Positions 44,731-54,468 of a DNA stretch of 64,000 nucleotides are shown here, in pieces (within the stretch, counting starts at the first letter, position 1; each line of letters begins with the position of its first letter). The position numbers and the translations under genes are program-made. The notes under the pieces are model-generated. The model searched no databases and was not told the origin of the DNA. It was given only the letters and a program-made list of their open reading frames with translations. The DNA is from Bacteroidota bacterium (GTDB lineage: Bacteria > Bacteroidota > Bacteroidia > Bacteroidales > SKPS01). The DNA lies in NCBI GenBank assembly GCA_022709695.1, contig JAKLII010000003.1, positions 80,124 to 144,123 of the forward strand, written 5' to 3'.

Positions 44731-46614
44731 ATGCCTGAGACAGATCGTTTTGATATTGTGGTGGTTGGTGCCGGGCACGCAGGTTGCGAGGCGGCGGCAG
44801 CGGCAGCAAATCTCGGATCGCGTGTATTGCTGGTGACCATGAATATGGGAACCATAGCCGGTATGTCGTGCAATCCGGCCATGGGGGGTATTGCCAAGGG
44901 GCAGATTGTACGTGAGATTGATGCCCTGGGAGGCTACTCCGGGATCGTTACCGATCATACCATGATTCAGTTCAGGATGCTGAACCGCTCGAAGGGGCCT
45001 GCGATGTGGAGCCCCAGGGCACAAAGCGACCGCATGGCATTTTCACAGCTTTGGCGAAAAACGCTGGAAAACATACCCGGAGTAAGCTTCAGGGAAGATG
45101 AGGTAACCGGTCTGCTGACTGAGAACGGAAAGGTTACCGGCGTAACTACAAGGCTTGGAATAACTGTTAAAGCAGATGCTGTTATTCTGACCACCGGTAC
45201 TTTTCTTAATGGAATCATCCATATTGGAGATACCAGGCTTACCGGTGGAAGAATCGGTGAAAAATCCTCAGTCGGTATTACAGAAACCCTTATGTCACAC
45301 GGGTTTAAAAAAGGCAGGCTGAAAACGGGAACCCCGGTGCGGGTGGATGGCCGTACTATTGATTTTTCAAAACTCGAGGAACAACCCGGGGATGAAAATC
45401 CCGGTAAGTTCTCGTTTACCGATACACCTCCCCTCACCCGGCAACGAAGCTGCTATCTGGCATACACCAGTGAAGAGGTGCATGACATCCTTCGGACCGG
45501 TTTCGACAAATCGCCCCTGTTTGGCGGGGCCATCCAGGGCACAGGCCCACGCTACTGCCCTTCGATCGAAGACAAGATTGAACGGTTTTCCGACCGTGAT
45601 TCACATCAGTTGTTTATCGAGCCCGAAGGATGGGAGACCGTGGAAACTTATGTAAACGGATTTTCTTCCTCTTTGCCCGAAGAGGTGCAGTATAAGGCCC
45701 TGCGGAGAATCAGGGGATTTGAAAATGCCCGGATTTTCAGACCGGGGTATGCCATCGAATACGATTATTTTCCTCCCGATCAACTCAAGGCTACCCTGGA
45801 AACCAAACCCCTGGAAAACCTTTGGTTCGCCGGCCAGATCAACGGAACTACCGGCTACGAAGAAGCTGCAGCCCAGGGTTTGATGGCGGGGATCAACGCC
45901 CATCTGAAACGGAAGGGGGAAGATCCCTTGATTTTGAAAAGGTCTGAAGCCTATATCGGAGTGTTGATTGATGATCTGATTTCCAAGGATATCGACGAAC
46001 CTTACCGCATGTTTACCTCAAGGGCAGAATACCGCATTCTGCTGCGGCAAAGCAATGCCGATCTTCGCCTTACCCCGCTGTCGCACCGCATTGGGCTTGC
46101 TTCAGATGCACGGTACGCAAGGGTTCAGATGAAAACAGAGGCCATTGAAAAACTGCAGCATTTTATCGAACATACCAGCATCGGGCTGGATGCTGCCAAC
46201 GCTATCCTCGAAAGGGTAGGAGAGGGGCCTCTCAAACAAAAGATGAAAGCAGCGGCATTGTTGCTCCGTCCACAGATCGGGCTTGACCAGTTATCTGATG
46301 CCATCCCCGGGTGGAATGACCAGTTTAAGGCCATCCCGGGATCCATCCGTGCCGAGGTGATGGAAGAGGTGGAAATCAGGATAAAATACCAGAACTACAT
46401 TCAGAAAGAGCAGGAACTGGTAACCAGAATGGGTAAGTATGAACATATCCCGATCCATCATGCCGGCAATTTCCATGAAATCAAGGCCCTCTCGTTCGAA
46501 GCCCGCGAAAAGCTGAACAGGTTCCGACCGGCTACCATCGGGCAGGCCTCGCGTATCAGTGGCATTTCACCGGCCGATATCGCGGTGCTTATGGTGCTCT
46601 ATCAGAAAGGATAA
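44731..46614 (+). CDS. mnmG: tRNA uridine 5-carboxymethylaminomethyl modification enzyme MnmG (GidA)
   Basis: FDIVVVGAGHAGCEAA, CNPAMGGIAKG, GPRYCPSIEDK. Confidence 0.97.
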   Translation: MPETDRFDIVVVGAGHAGCEAAAAAANLGSRVLLVTMNMGTIAGMSCNPAMGGIAKGQIVREIDALGGYSGIVTDHTMIQFRMLNRSKGPAMWSPRAQSDRMAFSQLWRKTLENIPGVSFREDEVTGLLTENGKVTGVTTRLGITVKADAVILTTGTFLNGIIHIGDTRLTGGRIGEKSSVGITETLMSHGFKKGRLKTGTPVRVDGRTIDFSKLEEQPGDENPGKFSFTDTPPLTRQRSCYLAYTSEEVHDILRTGFDKSPLFGGAIQGTGPRYCPSIEDKIERFSDRDSHQLFIEPEGWETVETYVNGFSSSLPEEVQYKALRRIRGFENARIFRPGYAIEYDYFPPDQLKATLETKPLENLWFAGQINGTTGYEEAAAQGLMAGINAHLKRKGEDPLILKRSEAYIGVLIDDLISKDIDEPYRMFTSRAEYRILLRQSNADLRLTPLSHRIGLASDARYARVQMKTEAIEKLQHFIEHTSIGLDAANAILERVGEGPLKQKMKAAALLLRPQIGLDQLSDAIPGWNDQFKAIPGSIRAEVMEEVEIRIKYQNYIQKEQELVTRMGKYEHIPIHHAGNFHEIKALSFEAREKLNRFRPATIGQASRISGISPADIAVLMVLYQKG

Positions 46615-46648
46615 ACCGAAAAAGATTCATTTATAGTAATTTGAACTG

Positions 46649-47557
46649 ATGTTTCACGTGGAACCAGATACCCCCCCCTCCCAACCTTTTATCTGTCCGG
46701 TTTGTGCAGATGACCGGATTTCGCCATGGATGCAGGTGTGCGATTATTTCCTCACAGGCGAGTATTTCGGGATCATGCAGTGTGACGCATGTTCCCATCG
46801 GTTTACCGTTCCGCAACCCTCCCCGGAGGTGATCGGGAAATATTACGAAACCAGCAAGTATCTTTCGCATACCGATGAAGGGAAAGATTTTACCGGAAGG
46901 CTCTACCGGCTGATCCGGGGCATTAATCTGCAGCGGAAGTATGCCCTTGTGCATCACTTCAAACAGGGTACCAGCATCCTCGACATTGGCTGCGGAACCG
47001 GGCATCTGCTAGGTTTCTTCAGGAAACAAGGGTGGAAAACCACCGGGATTGAACCTGCAGCTATGCCCCGGCAGTTTGCCAGGGATCACCTGAAGCTGGA
47101 TGTGCATGATGAACCGGAACTGGCCAACCTGCCCGGTGGATCCTTTTCGGTGGTTTCGATGTGGCATGTACTGGAACATGTACCCAACCCATCACAGAGG
47201 TTGAAGGAGGTTCACCGCCTGACTGCCCCTGATGGCATTGCTGTAATTGCCCTTCCCAATCCGGATGCCTTTGATGCCTGTTACTACGGGCAGTACTGGG
47301 CCGCCTGGGATGTACCACGCCACCTGCACCACTTCTCAACCAGGTCCTTTAACTGGTTGGCCACGCAGGCCGGATTTGAGCTGATTGCCGTTAAGCCGAT
47401 GAAATTCGATGCCTACTATGTGTCCCTCCTTAGCGAGCAGTACCGTTCTGCCCATCAAAGGTACCTGAGGGCTGCCTGGAAAGGATTGCAGTCGAACCTG
47501 AAAGCACGACGCTCCGGTAATTTTTCCTCCCTGGTGTATATCCTCCGCAAAAAGTAA
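46649..47557 (+). CDS. Class I SAM-dependent methyltransferase with an N-terminal Cys4 zinc-ribbon-like motif
   Basis: CPVC...CDAC, then the SAM motif ILDIGCGTGH. Confidence 0.85.
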   Translation: MFHVEPDTPPSQPFICPVCADDRISPWMQVCDYFLTGEYFGIMQCDACSHRFTVPQPSPEVIGKYYETSKYLSHTDEGKDFTGRLYRLIRGINLQRKYALVHHFKQGTSILDIGCGTGHLLGFFRKQGWKTTGIEPAAMPRQFARDHLKLDVHDEPELANLPGGSFSVVSMWHVLEHVPNPSQRLKEVHRLTAPDGIAVIALPNPDAFDACYYGQYWAAWDVPRHLHHFSTRSFNWLATQAGFELIAVKPMKFDAYYVSLLSEQYRSAHQRYLRAAWKGLQSNLKARRSGNFSSLVYILRKK

Positions 47558-47626
47558 CCATCCTCCCCTGTCCGGTTACCCGGCAAACTTTCATCAACCC
47601 ACAAACAGGGTAATGGAATTCTTGTG

Positions 47627-47634
47627 TACCTTTG
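47627..47634 (+). promoter_or_regulatory. Bacteroidota -7 promoter box (TACCTTTG) for the histidine kinase gene
   Basis: Exact TAnnTTTG match 25 nt upstream of ATG 47660. Confidence 0.4.
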
Positions 47635-47659
47635 TTAGAGATCACCTCAACGTATCCTG

Positions 47660-50600
47660 ATGAACGGCATCAATAAAATACTCCGGTCTCCGGTTGCAAC
47701 CTTTAGCATCCTCGCGGCTCTTTTAATTTTACTTACCACAGGGTATATCTTCAGACAGCAGCATATTTTCCGTCCGGAAGCCCTTACACGCCATCTGGAA
47801 AAGGTTACCGAAGCCCGCTGGCAGCAGCTGAAACAGGCCACAATTGAATTTGCCGGTACTGTTAAAGAAACCCCGGAGCCCTGGATGTTTTCATTGCCCG
47901 CCAACACCCATTCCAAAGCAGGAGTTAGTTTTCTGATCCTGAAAGAAGGGAAGATTGTCTACTGGAGCGACAATACCATTCCGGTAGAGATGATACCCGA
48001 TTCTGCCAATTCCAGAATGGTAACCCTGCCATCCGGTTTATTCCAGATGTATTCGATCGTAAAAGATTCGGTAACCATCAGAGGCCTGAGTTTGGTGGGC
48101 AATACCTATCCCTATAACAATCAATACCTGTCAAATGCACTCCATCCCGATTATCATCCCGCTGAAGCAAGCCGGATCAGTACACTGGAAGGAGAGGCCA
48201 ATATAAAAGACCTACAGGGAAACTTCCTGTTTTCCGTCAGCTATCCCACGCACCTGCCCCACCGAAGAGGAACCATTCTGTTTGTTCTATTCATGATCTC
48301 GTTTGTGTTTCTGAACCTGTCTTTGCTGCATCTGCACAAAAAACTCAATCCATTTCCAAAGCATCCCAATCTTTTTCTTCTCTTCTTTTTGTTTGACGCA
48401 TTGATTATCAGAATTTTAATAACTTATTTCGGTTTTCCCGGTCCGGTATTTCAGTTGCCTGTATTCGATCCGCTCTATTTTGCATCATCCTTTATAAATC
48501 CCTCTCTGGGCGATCTGATAATCAATGCTGTTTGGCTGATTATCATTGCAATAGCCTTTTACAGATATGCAGACCTGAACAAAATCGGCCATAAGGCGCC
48601 GAAATTCAAATGGCTGGCTGCTGCCCTTTTCTTTGCATTGTCAGCCTTGATGGTATATGTTTCGATGGCTGTATGTAAAATCCTGATAACCGATTCAACC
48701 TTATCCATCAGTTTTTCTGACCTGAGCAATGCAGGCAGGTACGGAATTGCCATGCTGGCGGTGATGGTGATGGTTACGGTGGCTGCGATGTTCATCATCT
48801 GGCGTTTAATGCAGGGGGTACAGGCATTATTCCAAGCCAGGATTACATTCTGGGGTGCTGCCGTTCCGGCTTTTCTGCTGAGCTTCCTGCCCATGGCCTT
48901 ACATGCGGAAACCCTTAATATTGCTTTCCCGCTTTTGTTTGGGTTGCTTGTCCTTTTGTTCGGAATAGCAGGAATTCAACAACTAAAACCTGCTGTTACT
49001 GCCATTGCCATGATCCTGCTGTTTGCTTCAGGACTCACCTGGGTATTTAACGTGTATTCCCACAGGAAAGGTCAGGAAAACCGCATATCGGTCGCTTCAG
49101 AGTTTGCCCGGAAAGAGGATCCGATGGCTGAGTTTCTTTATGCCCAGGCCCGGGAAACCATTTACAGTGATACTATACTGGCAGCTATGCTTTTCAGTGA
49201 GCCAATGGAGGAAGAGCTGCTGATCAAATACCTGTTGCAGGGCTATTTTGCAGGAGGGGAGGGGTATTGGTCGCGGTACCATTTTCAGGTCACGGTGTGT
49301 AACCCCGGACAGAAACTTTCCATTGCTGGAGACAATGAAATTACGGGTTGTTTTGATTTTTTCAGCAAGCAGATCATGGAATCGGGTCACATGACTGCCA
49401 CCGAAGATCTGATTCTGATGCAGGATCCCGAAGGAAACCACAGTTACCTTGGGGTTTTACGTTTCGAGAATTTAAACGGCACACAAAAGGAAATCCGGAA
49501 TATATACTTGGAAATATTTCCAAGAATGGTGTCCTCAGGCACTGGTTATCTGGAACTTATGGCCGATGAGAGCCTGCTAAGGGAAGGGAACCTGAACCTG
49601 TTTTCCAATGCCAGGTATTTCGATGGGCAACTGGTTGCCAGTTACGGGAAATACATCTACAGCACCGATCTTGCCCAATACCGCCAGTCCGGCAACAAAC
49701 CCTATGTGTTTATATCAAAGGGGGGATATTCCCATCTCTATTACAAAACCGGAAAAAGATCGGTGCTATTGGTCAGTACACCTGAAAAAGGCTGGTTGGA
49801 CCTGCTGGCTCCCATGTCGGTGTTTCTGCTGATTTTTCTGTTACTGCTGGCGCTGGTTTCTTTGGTGGAAAGGTGGGACGGGACGAGGTTTTCCGGTGGT
49901 GGCACCTTCAGGGGACGGCTTCGCCTGATCCTGCTGGGTGTGGTATTGGTCTCCTTTTGTGTGGTGGGGGCAACTTCCGTATATTATATCAGGGTGCTCA
50001 ACCGAAATAAAAACACCGATAACCTTAAGGACAAAGCCCGCTCGATACGGATAGAACTGGAGCATAAGCTGGCCGACAAGGAAATTCTGAGTGCTGATCT
50101 AAAGCCTTATATTACTTCTCTGCTGCTGAAGTTTAATGAAGTATTTGCCACCGATATCAACCTTTTTGATGATCAGGGAAACCTGCTGGGCAGTTCCAGG
50201 GAGAAATTGTTTGATGATGGAATCCTCGGAAAAAAAATCAATCCGGAGGCATTCCGTGAAATGGCCCTCCATCGCAAAACCCTGCTGATTCATGAGGAGC
50301 AGATCGGCAGGCTCTCTTATCTTTCAGCGTATATTCCCTTCAGGAACAATCAGGGAAAGGTGATTGCCTATATCAACCTGCCCTATTTTGCCCGTCAGAG
50401 TGAACTCGCCGGAGAGATCAGCAGCTTTCTGATGGCATTTATCAATATCTACCTCATTCTTATTGCGTTGGCAATTCTGATCGCCTTTGCCTTAACAGGG
50501 ATGATCATAAAACCGCTGGTGCTGCTGCAGGGGAAAATCCGCAAAGTAACCCTGGGTACCCGTAACGAAAAACTGGTTTGGGATAAAAGGGATGAAATAT

Positions 50601-51346
50601 CCGAACTTGTAGATGAATATAACAGAATGATAGACGAATTGGAAAAAAGTGCTGAATTGCTGGCCAGAAGTGAACGGGAAAGTGCTTGGAAGGAGATGGC
50701 CCGGCAGGTAGCCCATGAGATCAAAAACCCGCTGACGCCCATGAAGCTTAACCTTCAGTACCTTGAGAAAACCCTGGCCGACGGACATCCTGAATGGAAG
50801 GACCAGTTCGGAAAGTATGCCTCCATGATGCACAGCCAGATAGAGTCTTTGTCGCAGATTGCCTCGGCATTTTCCGATTTTGCCAACATGCCGGAGGTAA
50901 AGGCGGCACTAGTATCGCTCAGGCAGGTACTGGCCGGTGCAGTGGCACTGTTCGAGAACTATCCGATGGTACATATTTCCGGCAATTGGACCGGAATCGC
51001 AGAAGAAGTTACTGTGATGGGTGATCCGGAACAAATCAGCAGGCTATTCATCAATATTTTAAATAATGCGGTACAGGCCGGTGAACAGGGAAAACCCTTG
51101 CAGATCACCGTGGATGTGGTCTCCGGTAACAAAACCTGTGAAGTGCATATCACCGATAGTGGCAGAGGGATCGACACTGCCATTCAGGAGAAGATTTTTC
51201 TTCCGAACTTCACTACCCGCAGTTCCGGTACCGGTCTGGGTCTGGCTATTGCCCGCAATATTGCCATGCAGTGCGGTGGGGATATCCGTTTTGTTTCAGA
51301 GAAAGGGAAAGGAACTACCTTCACCGTGGAGCTGCCGGTGGTATAA
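47660..51346 (+). CDS. Large polytopic sensor histidine kinase (NtrY-like HAMP-HisKA-HATPase core)
   Basis: 1228 aa. Roughly 10 TM helices in the first ~750 aa, then a Cache-like periplasmic segment, HAMP, the H-box AHEIKNPLTPM, the N-box NILNNAVQA and the G-boxes DSGRGI / GTGLGLA. Confidence 0.9.
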   Translation: MNGINKILRSPVATFSILAALLILLTTGYIFRQQHIFRPEALTRHLEKVTEARWQQLKQATIEFAGTVKETPEPWMFSLPANTHSKAGVSFLILKEGKIVYWSDNTIPVEMIPDSANSRMVTLPSGLFQMYSIVKDSVTIRGLSLVGNTYPYNNQYLSNALHPDYHPAEASRISTLEGEANIKDLQGNFLFSVSYPTHLPHRRGTILFVLFMISFVFLNLSLLHLHKKLNPFPKHPNLFLLFFLFDALIIRILITYFGFPGPVFQLPVFDPLYFASSFINPSLGDLIINAVWLIIIAIAFYRYADLNKIGHKAPKFKWLAAALFFALSALMVYVSMAVCKILITDSTLSISFSDLSNAGRYGIAMLAVMVMVTVAAMFIIWRLMQGVQALFQARITFWGAAVPAFLLSFLPMALHAETLNIAFPLLFGLLVLLFGIAGIQQLKPAVTAIAMILLFASGLTWVFNVYSHRKGQENRISVASEFARKEDPMAEFLYAQARETIYSDTILAAMLFSEPMEEELLIKYLLQGYFAGGEGYWSRYHFQVTVCNPGQKLSIAGDNEITGCFDFFSKQIMESGHMTATEDLILMQDPEGNHSYLGVLRFENLNGTQKEIRNIYLEIFPRMVSSGTGYLELMADESLLREGNLNLFSNARYFDGQLVASYGKYIYSTDLAQYRQSGNKPYVFISKGGYSHLYYKTGKRSVLLVSTPEKGWLDLLAPMSVFLLIFLLLLALVSLVERWDGTRFSGGGTFRGRLRLILLGVVLVSFCVVGATSVYYIRVLNRNKNTDNLKDKARSIRIELEHKLADKEILSADLKPYITSLLLKFNEVFATDINLFDDQGNLLGSSREKLFDDGILGKKINPEAFREMALHRKTLLIHEEQIGRLSYLSAYIPFRNNQGKVIAYINLPYFARQSELAGEISSFLMAFINIYLILIALAILIAFALTGMIIKPLVLLQGKIRKVTLGTRNEKLVWDKRDEISELVDEYNRMIDELEKSAELLARSERESAWKEMARQVAHEIKNPLTPMKLNLQYLEKTLADGHPEWKDQFGKYASMMHSQIESLSQIASAFSDFANMPEVKAALVSLRQVLAGAVALFENYPMVHISGNWTGIAEEVTVMGDPEQISRLFINILNNAVQAGEQGKPLQITVDVVSGNKTCEVHITDSGRGIDTAIQEKIFLPNFTTRSSGTGLGLAIARNIAMQCGGDIRFVSEKGKGTTFTVELPVV

Positions 51347-51450
51347 CAGAACCAGGGTTTAAGATTGAACGTGGTGATAAATACTGAACCCGGGCTGTTT
51401 TTACACCATGAATTTTGCTACCTTTACCCACCATTTCTGAAACCCGGGGT

Positions 51451-52956
51451 ATGGGAAGCAACCCGCTGAAGCAGCTGGCAGGACAAACCGCCGTGTATGG
51501 CGTGAGCAGTATTATAGGCAGGCTGGTGAATTACCTGCTGGTTCCCCTCCACACTTACAATTTCATTACAGCCGAATATGGCGCGGTATCGAACATGTAC
51601 GCTTTTGCTGCCATTCTGCTGGTGGTACTAACCTACGGACTTGAGACCGCCTTTTTCAGGTTTTACAACACCACGGGTAAGGATCCTGCCGTTTACTCCA
51701 CCGCATTTCTCTCCATTCTGGTTTCCACCTTTATCATTGTAGCCTGCCTGATCCCTGTTAGGCAGTTGATTGCCCTGGTGCTGAATGTACCGGATCATCC
51801 CGAGTTCGTGGTGTGGTTTGCGATCATTGTGGGACTTGATGCCATCGCTGCCATTCCTTTTGCCAGGCTCAGAGCCGTAAACCGTGCCAGGCAGTTTGCC
51901 ACGCTGAAGCTCGTCAACATTGGGATTAACCTGGTGCTGAACCTCTTTTTTATCTATGCAGTACCCTGGTTGTCGGAACATGGAAGCAGTACCGTGCAAA
52001 GTGTCGTATCCCTGTTTTACCAGGGCAAGCTTCTGATCGCTTACATTTTTGTATCCAATCTGATAGCCAGTGTGATACAACTGGCCATCTTCGTGCCGGG
52101 AATTCTTCGCAACAGGCTCACCTTCAACGCACCCCTGTGGCGCAAAATGATGACCTATGCCCTGCCCCTGCTGTTGCTGAGTGTGGCAGGTACCATCAAC
52201 CAGACCATCGACCGTTTACTGCTTACCTGGATGCTTCCCCGCGAAAGCTCTATGGAGCAGGTGGGGATCTATTCCGCCTGTTTCAAGATTCCCATCATCA
52301 TGTATTTTTTCCTGCAGGCATTCCGGTACGCTGCGGAACCCTTCTTCTTTACCCGGAACAATCCCGAAGAGGCGAAAAAAATCTATCCGGAGGTGATGAA
52401 TGCCTTTGTGATCATTTCCTGCCTGGTTTTTCTGGGAACCATGTTTTACCTCGACGACCTTTTCATCTATTTTGTGGATGCCTCCTACCGCCAGGGGAGT
52501 ACCATTGTGCCTGTGGTGCTTCTTGCATTTGTTTTCCAGGGAATCAGTTTCAACCTGTCGATGTGGTATAAACTAACGCAGCGCACCATCTTTGGGGCCT
52601 GGCTCGCCCTCATAGGCACGGCGGTGATTATCCTGGTAAATGTGCTGGGGATACCCCGTTACGGATTTATGGCTCCGGCAGTGGCATTTCTGCTTTCCAA
52701 TATTGTGGTAACGGTGCTTTCATGGCAATACGGACAGAAATACTTCCCTGTCCCTTACAAGGGTGGGAGAATTTTACTTTATCTGATGCTGGCAGTTGGA
52801 ATATGGTGGTGTATTGGTATTTTACCGCTGCAGAATATCGTCTTGAGGCTCACCGTACGGACCATTGTGCTGATGCTGGCAACCCTGCTGTATCTGCGGA
52901 TTGAAGGGTGGTCGCCCACAAGGCTTATGGCAGCCCTGTTCAGGAAAAATACGTAA
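51451..52956 (+). CDS. Polysaccharide/oligosaccharide flippase (MOP/Wzx-like)
   Basis: About 500 aa with 12-14 TM helices. The N-terminus NPLKQLAGQTAVYGVSSIIGRLVNYLLVPL is typical of the family. I prefer ATG 51451 over TTG 51415. Confidence 0.82.
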   Translation: MGSNPLKQLAGQTAVYGVSSIIGRLVNYLLVPLHTYNFITAEYGAVSNMYAFAAILLVVLTYGLETAFFRFYNTTGKDPAVYSTAFLSILVSTFIIVACLIPVRQLIALVLNVPDHPEFVVWFAIIVGLDAIAAIPFARLRAVNRARQFATLKLVNIGINLVLNLFFIYAVPWLSEHGSSTVQSVVSLFYQGKLLIAYIFVSNLIASVIQLAIFVPGILRNRLTFNAPLWRKMMTYALPLLLLSVAGTINQTIDRLLLTWMLPRESSMEQVGIYSACFKIPIIMYFFLQAFRYAAEPFFFTRNNPEEAKKIYPEVMNAFVIISCLVFLGTMFYLDDLFIYFVDASYRQGSTIVPVVLLAFVFQGISFNLSMWYKLTQRTIFGAWLALIGTAVIILVNVLGIPRYGFMAPAVAFLLSNIVVTVLSWQYGQKYFPVPYKGGRILLYLMLAVGIWWCIGILPLQNIVLRLTVRTIVLMLATLLYLRIEGWSPTRLMAALFRKNT

Positions 52957-52961
52957 GTTTG
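52954..52961 (+). promoter_or_regulatory. Bacteroidota -7 promoter box (TAAGTTTG) for dut
   Basis: Exact TAnnTTTG match 20 nt upstream of the dut ATG. It overlaps the flippase stop codon. Confidence 0.35.
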
Positions 52962-52981
52962 CATGGCCCTAAGATCAGAAG

Positions 52982-53425
52982 ATGACAACCTCCATTGAAG
53001 TGAAAATTGTGAACAGGTCCGGGAATCCCCTTCCGGTGTATAAAACCGGTTTGTCAGCCGGGATGGATCTGCATGCCCATCTCGAAGCACCCCTTATCCT
53101 TACTCCGCTGGGAAGGGCGCTGGTACCTACAGGGCTCTTCATTGCGCTGCCTCCCGGTTTTGAAGCACAGGTGCGCCCCCGGAGCGGTCTGGCCGCAAAT
53201 CACGGCATCTCGGTGCTCAACACCCCCGGAACCATTGATGCCGATTACAGGGGCGAAATCAAGGTGATCATGGTGAACCTCTCTTCAGAACCCTTTACCA
53301 TAAAGCCCGGCGACCGCATTGCTCAAATGGTCATTGCCTCACATGCCACCGTATCATGGAATCCCGTGGAAGAGCTTGAAGAAACCGACCGCGGAGCCGG
53401 AGGTTTTGGCCATACAGGAAAGTAA
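52982..53425 (+). CDS. dut: dUTP diphosphatase
   Basis: [32 protein letters not shown]. Confidence 0.95.
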   Translation: MTTSIEVKIVNRSGNPLPVYKTGLSAGMDLHAHLEAPLILTPLGRALVPTGLFIALPPGFEAQVRPRSGLAANHGISVLNTPGTIDADYRGEIKVIMVNLSSEPFTIKPGDRIAQMVIASHATVSWNPVEELEETDRGAGGFGHTGK

Positions 53426-53445
53426 TTAACCAACCGTTCAATACC

Positions 53446-54447
53446 ATGAAAATCATCATACCCATGGCAGGGATGGGAAAGCGTATGCGGCCCCACACCC
53501 TCACCATCCCCAAACCGCTCATCCGCATCGCAGGAAAACCGATTGTCCAACGCCTGGTGGAGGACATTGTGAGGGTAAGTGGTACTAATATCGATGAAAT
53601 TGCCTATATTATAGGAGATTTTGGTGAAGAAGTCGAAAGTCACCTGCACCGCATCGCTGCAGACCTGGGTGCCAGATCCTCGGTCTATTACCAACCCGAG
53701 CCCCTGGGTACGGCCCATGCCATCCTGTGTGCCCGCGAAGCCCTGAACGGCCAGGTAACCGTGGCTTTTGCTGACACTTTGTTTTCTGCCAATTTCAGAA
53801 TGGACACCGAAAGTGATGGAATCGTATGGGTGCATAAGGTAGAGGATCCTTCCGCATTTGGGGTGGTGAAAACGGATGGAGATGGCTATATTACAAGGTT
53901 TATCGAGAAACCAGACACTTTCATTTCTGATATGGCCATTATCGGGATCTACTATTTCCGAAACGGTGAAAACCTGGCAGCTGAACTGCAGTATCTCATC
54001 GATCACCAGATCTGCAAAGGGGGTGAGTATCAGCTTACCGATGCCCTGCAAAACATGATGGAGAAGGGAATGCACTTTACTACCGGCACTGTTGACGAAT
54101 GGCTCGACTGCGGCAATAAAAATGCTACCGTTTTCACCAACCAGCGGATCCTTGAACTCAACCGGCACGAAAACCTAATCGCCTCCTCCGTTACCATCGA
54201 CAATGCCCTGATCATTCCTCCGTGCTATATCGGAAATGATGTGGTGCTTTCAAAATCGATCATTGGTCCGCATGTTTCTATCGGCGCCCATTGTAAAGTG
54301 AGCGATTCAATCATCACCAATTCGATCATTCAGGAGCATACCACCGTGGAGAATATCAACATTGACAACTCCATGATTGGCAGCTATGTGGATTACAAAG
54401 GACGTTACAGTGAAGTAAGCATCGGGGACTATACCGTGATGTCCTGA
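53446..54447 (+). CDS. Sugar-phosphate nucleotidyltransferase with a C-terminal left-handed beta-helix
   Basis: MKIIIPMAGMGKRMRP...KPL, followed by hexapeptide-like repeats near the C-terminus. Confidence 0.85.
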   Translation: MKIIIPMAGMGKRMRPHTLTIPKPLIRIAGKPIVQRLVEDIVRVSGTNIDEIAYIIGDFGEEVESHLHRIAADLGARSSVYYQPEPLGTAHAILCAREALNGQVTVAFADTLFSANFRMDTESDGIVWVHKVEDPSAFGVVKTDGDGYITRFIEKPDTFISDMAIIGIYYFRNGENLAAELQYLIDHQICKGGEYQLTDALQNMMEKGMHFTTGTVDEWLDCGNKNATVFTNQRILELNRHENLIASSVTIDNALIIPPCYIGNDVVLSKSIIGPHVSIGAHCKVSDSIITNSIIQEHTTVENINIDNSMIGSYVDYKGRYSEVSIGDYTVMS

Positions 54448-54468
54448 TAAACAGACGATCAAGCTATT

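Noticed and set aside
53323-54168. 281-aa minus-strand ORF antisense to dut and the nucleotidyltransferase gene
   Set aside because: It is a shadow ORF spanning two well-supported plus-strand genes and their intergenic gap. It has no domain features.
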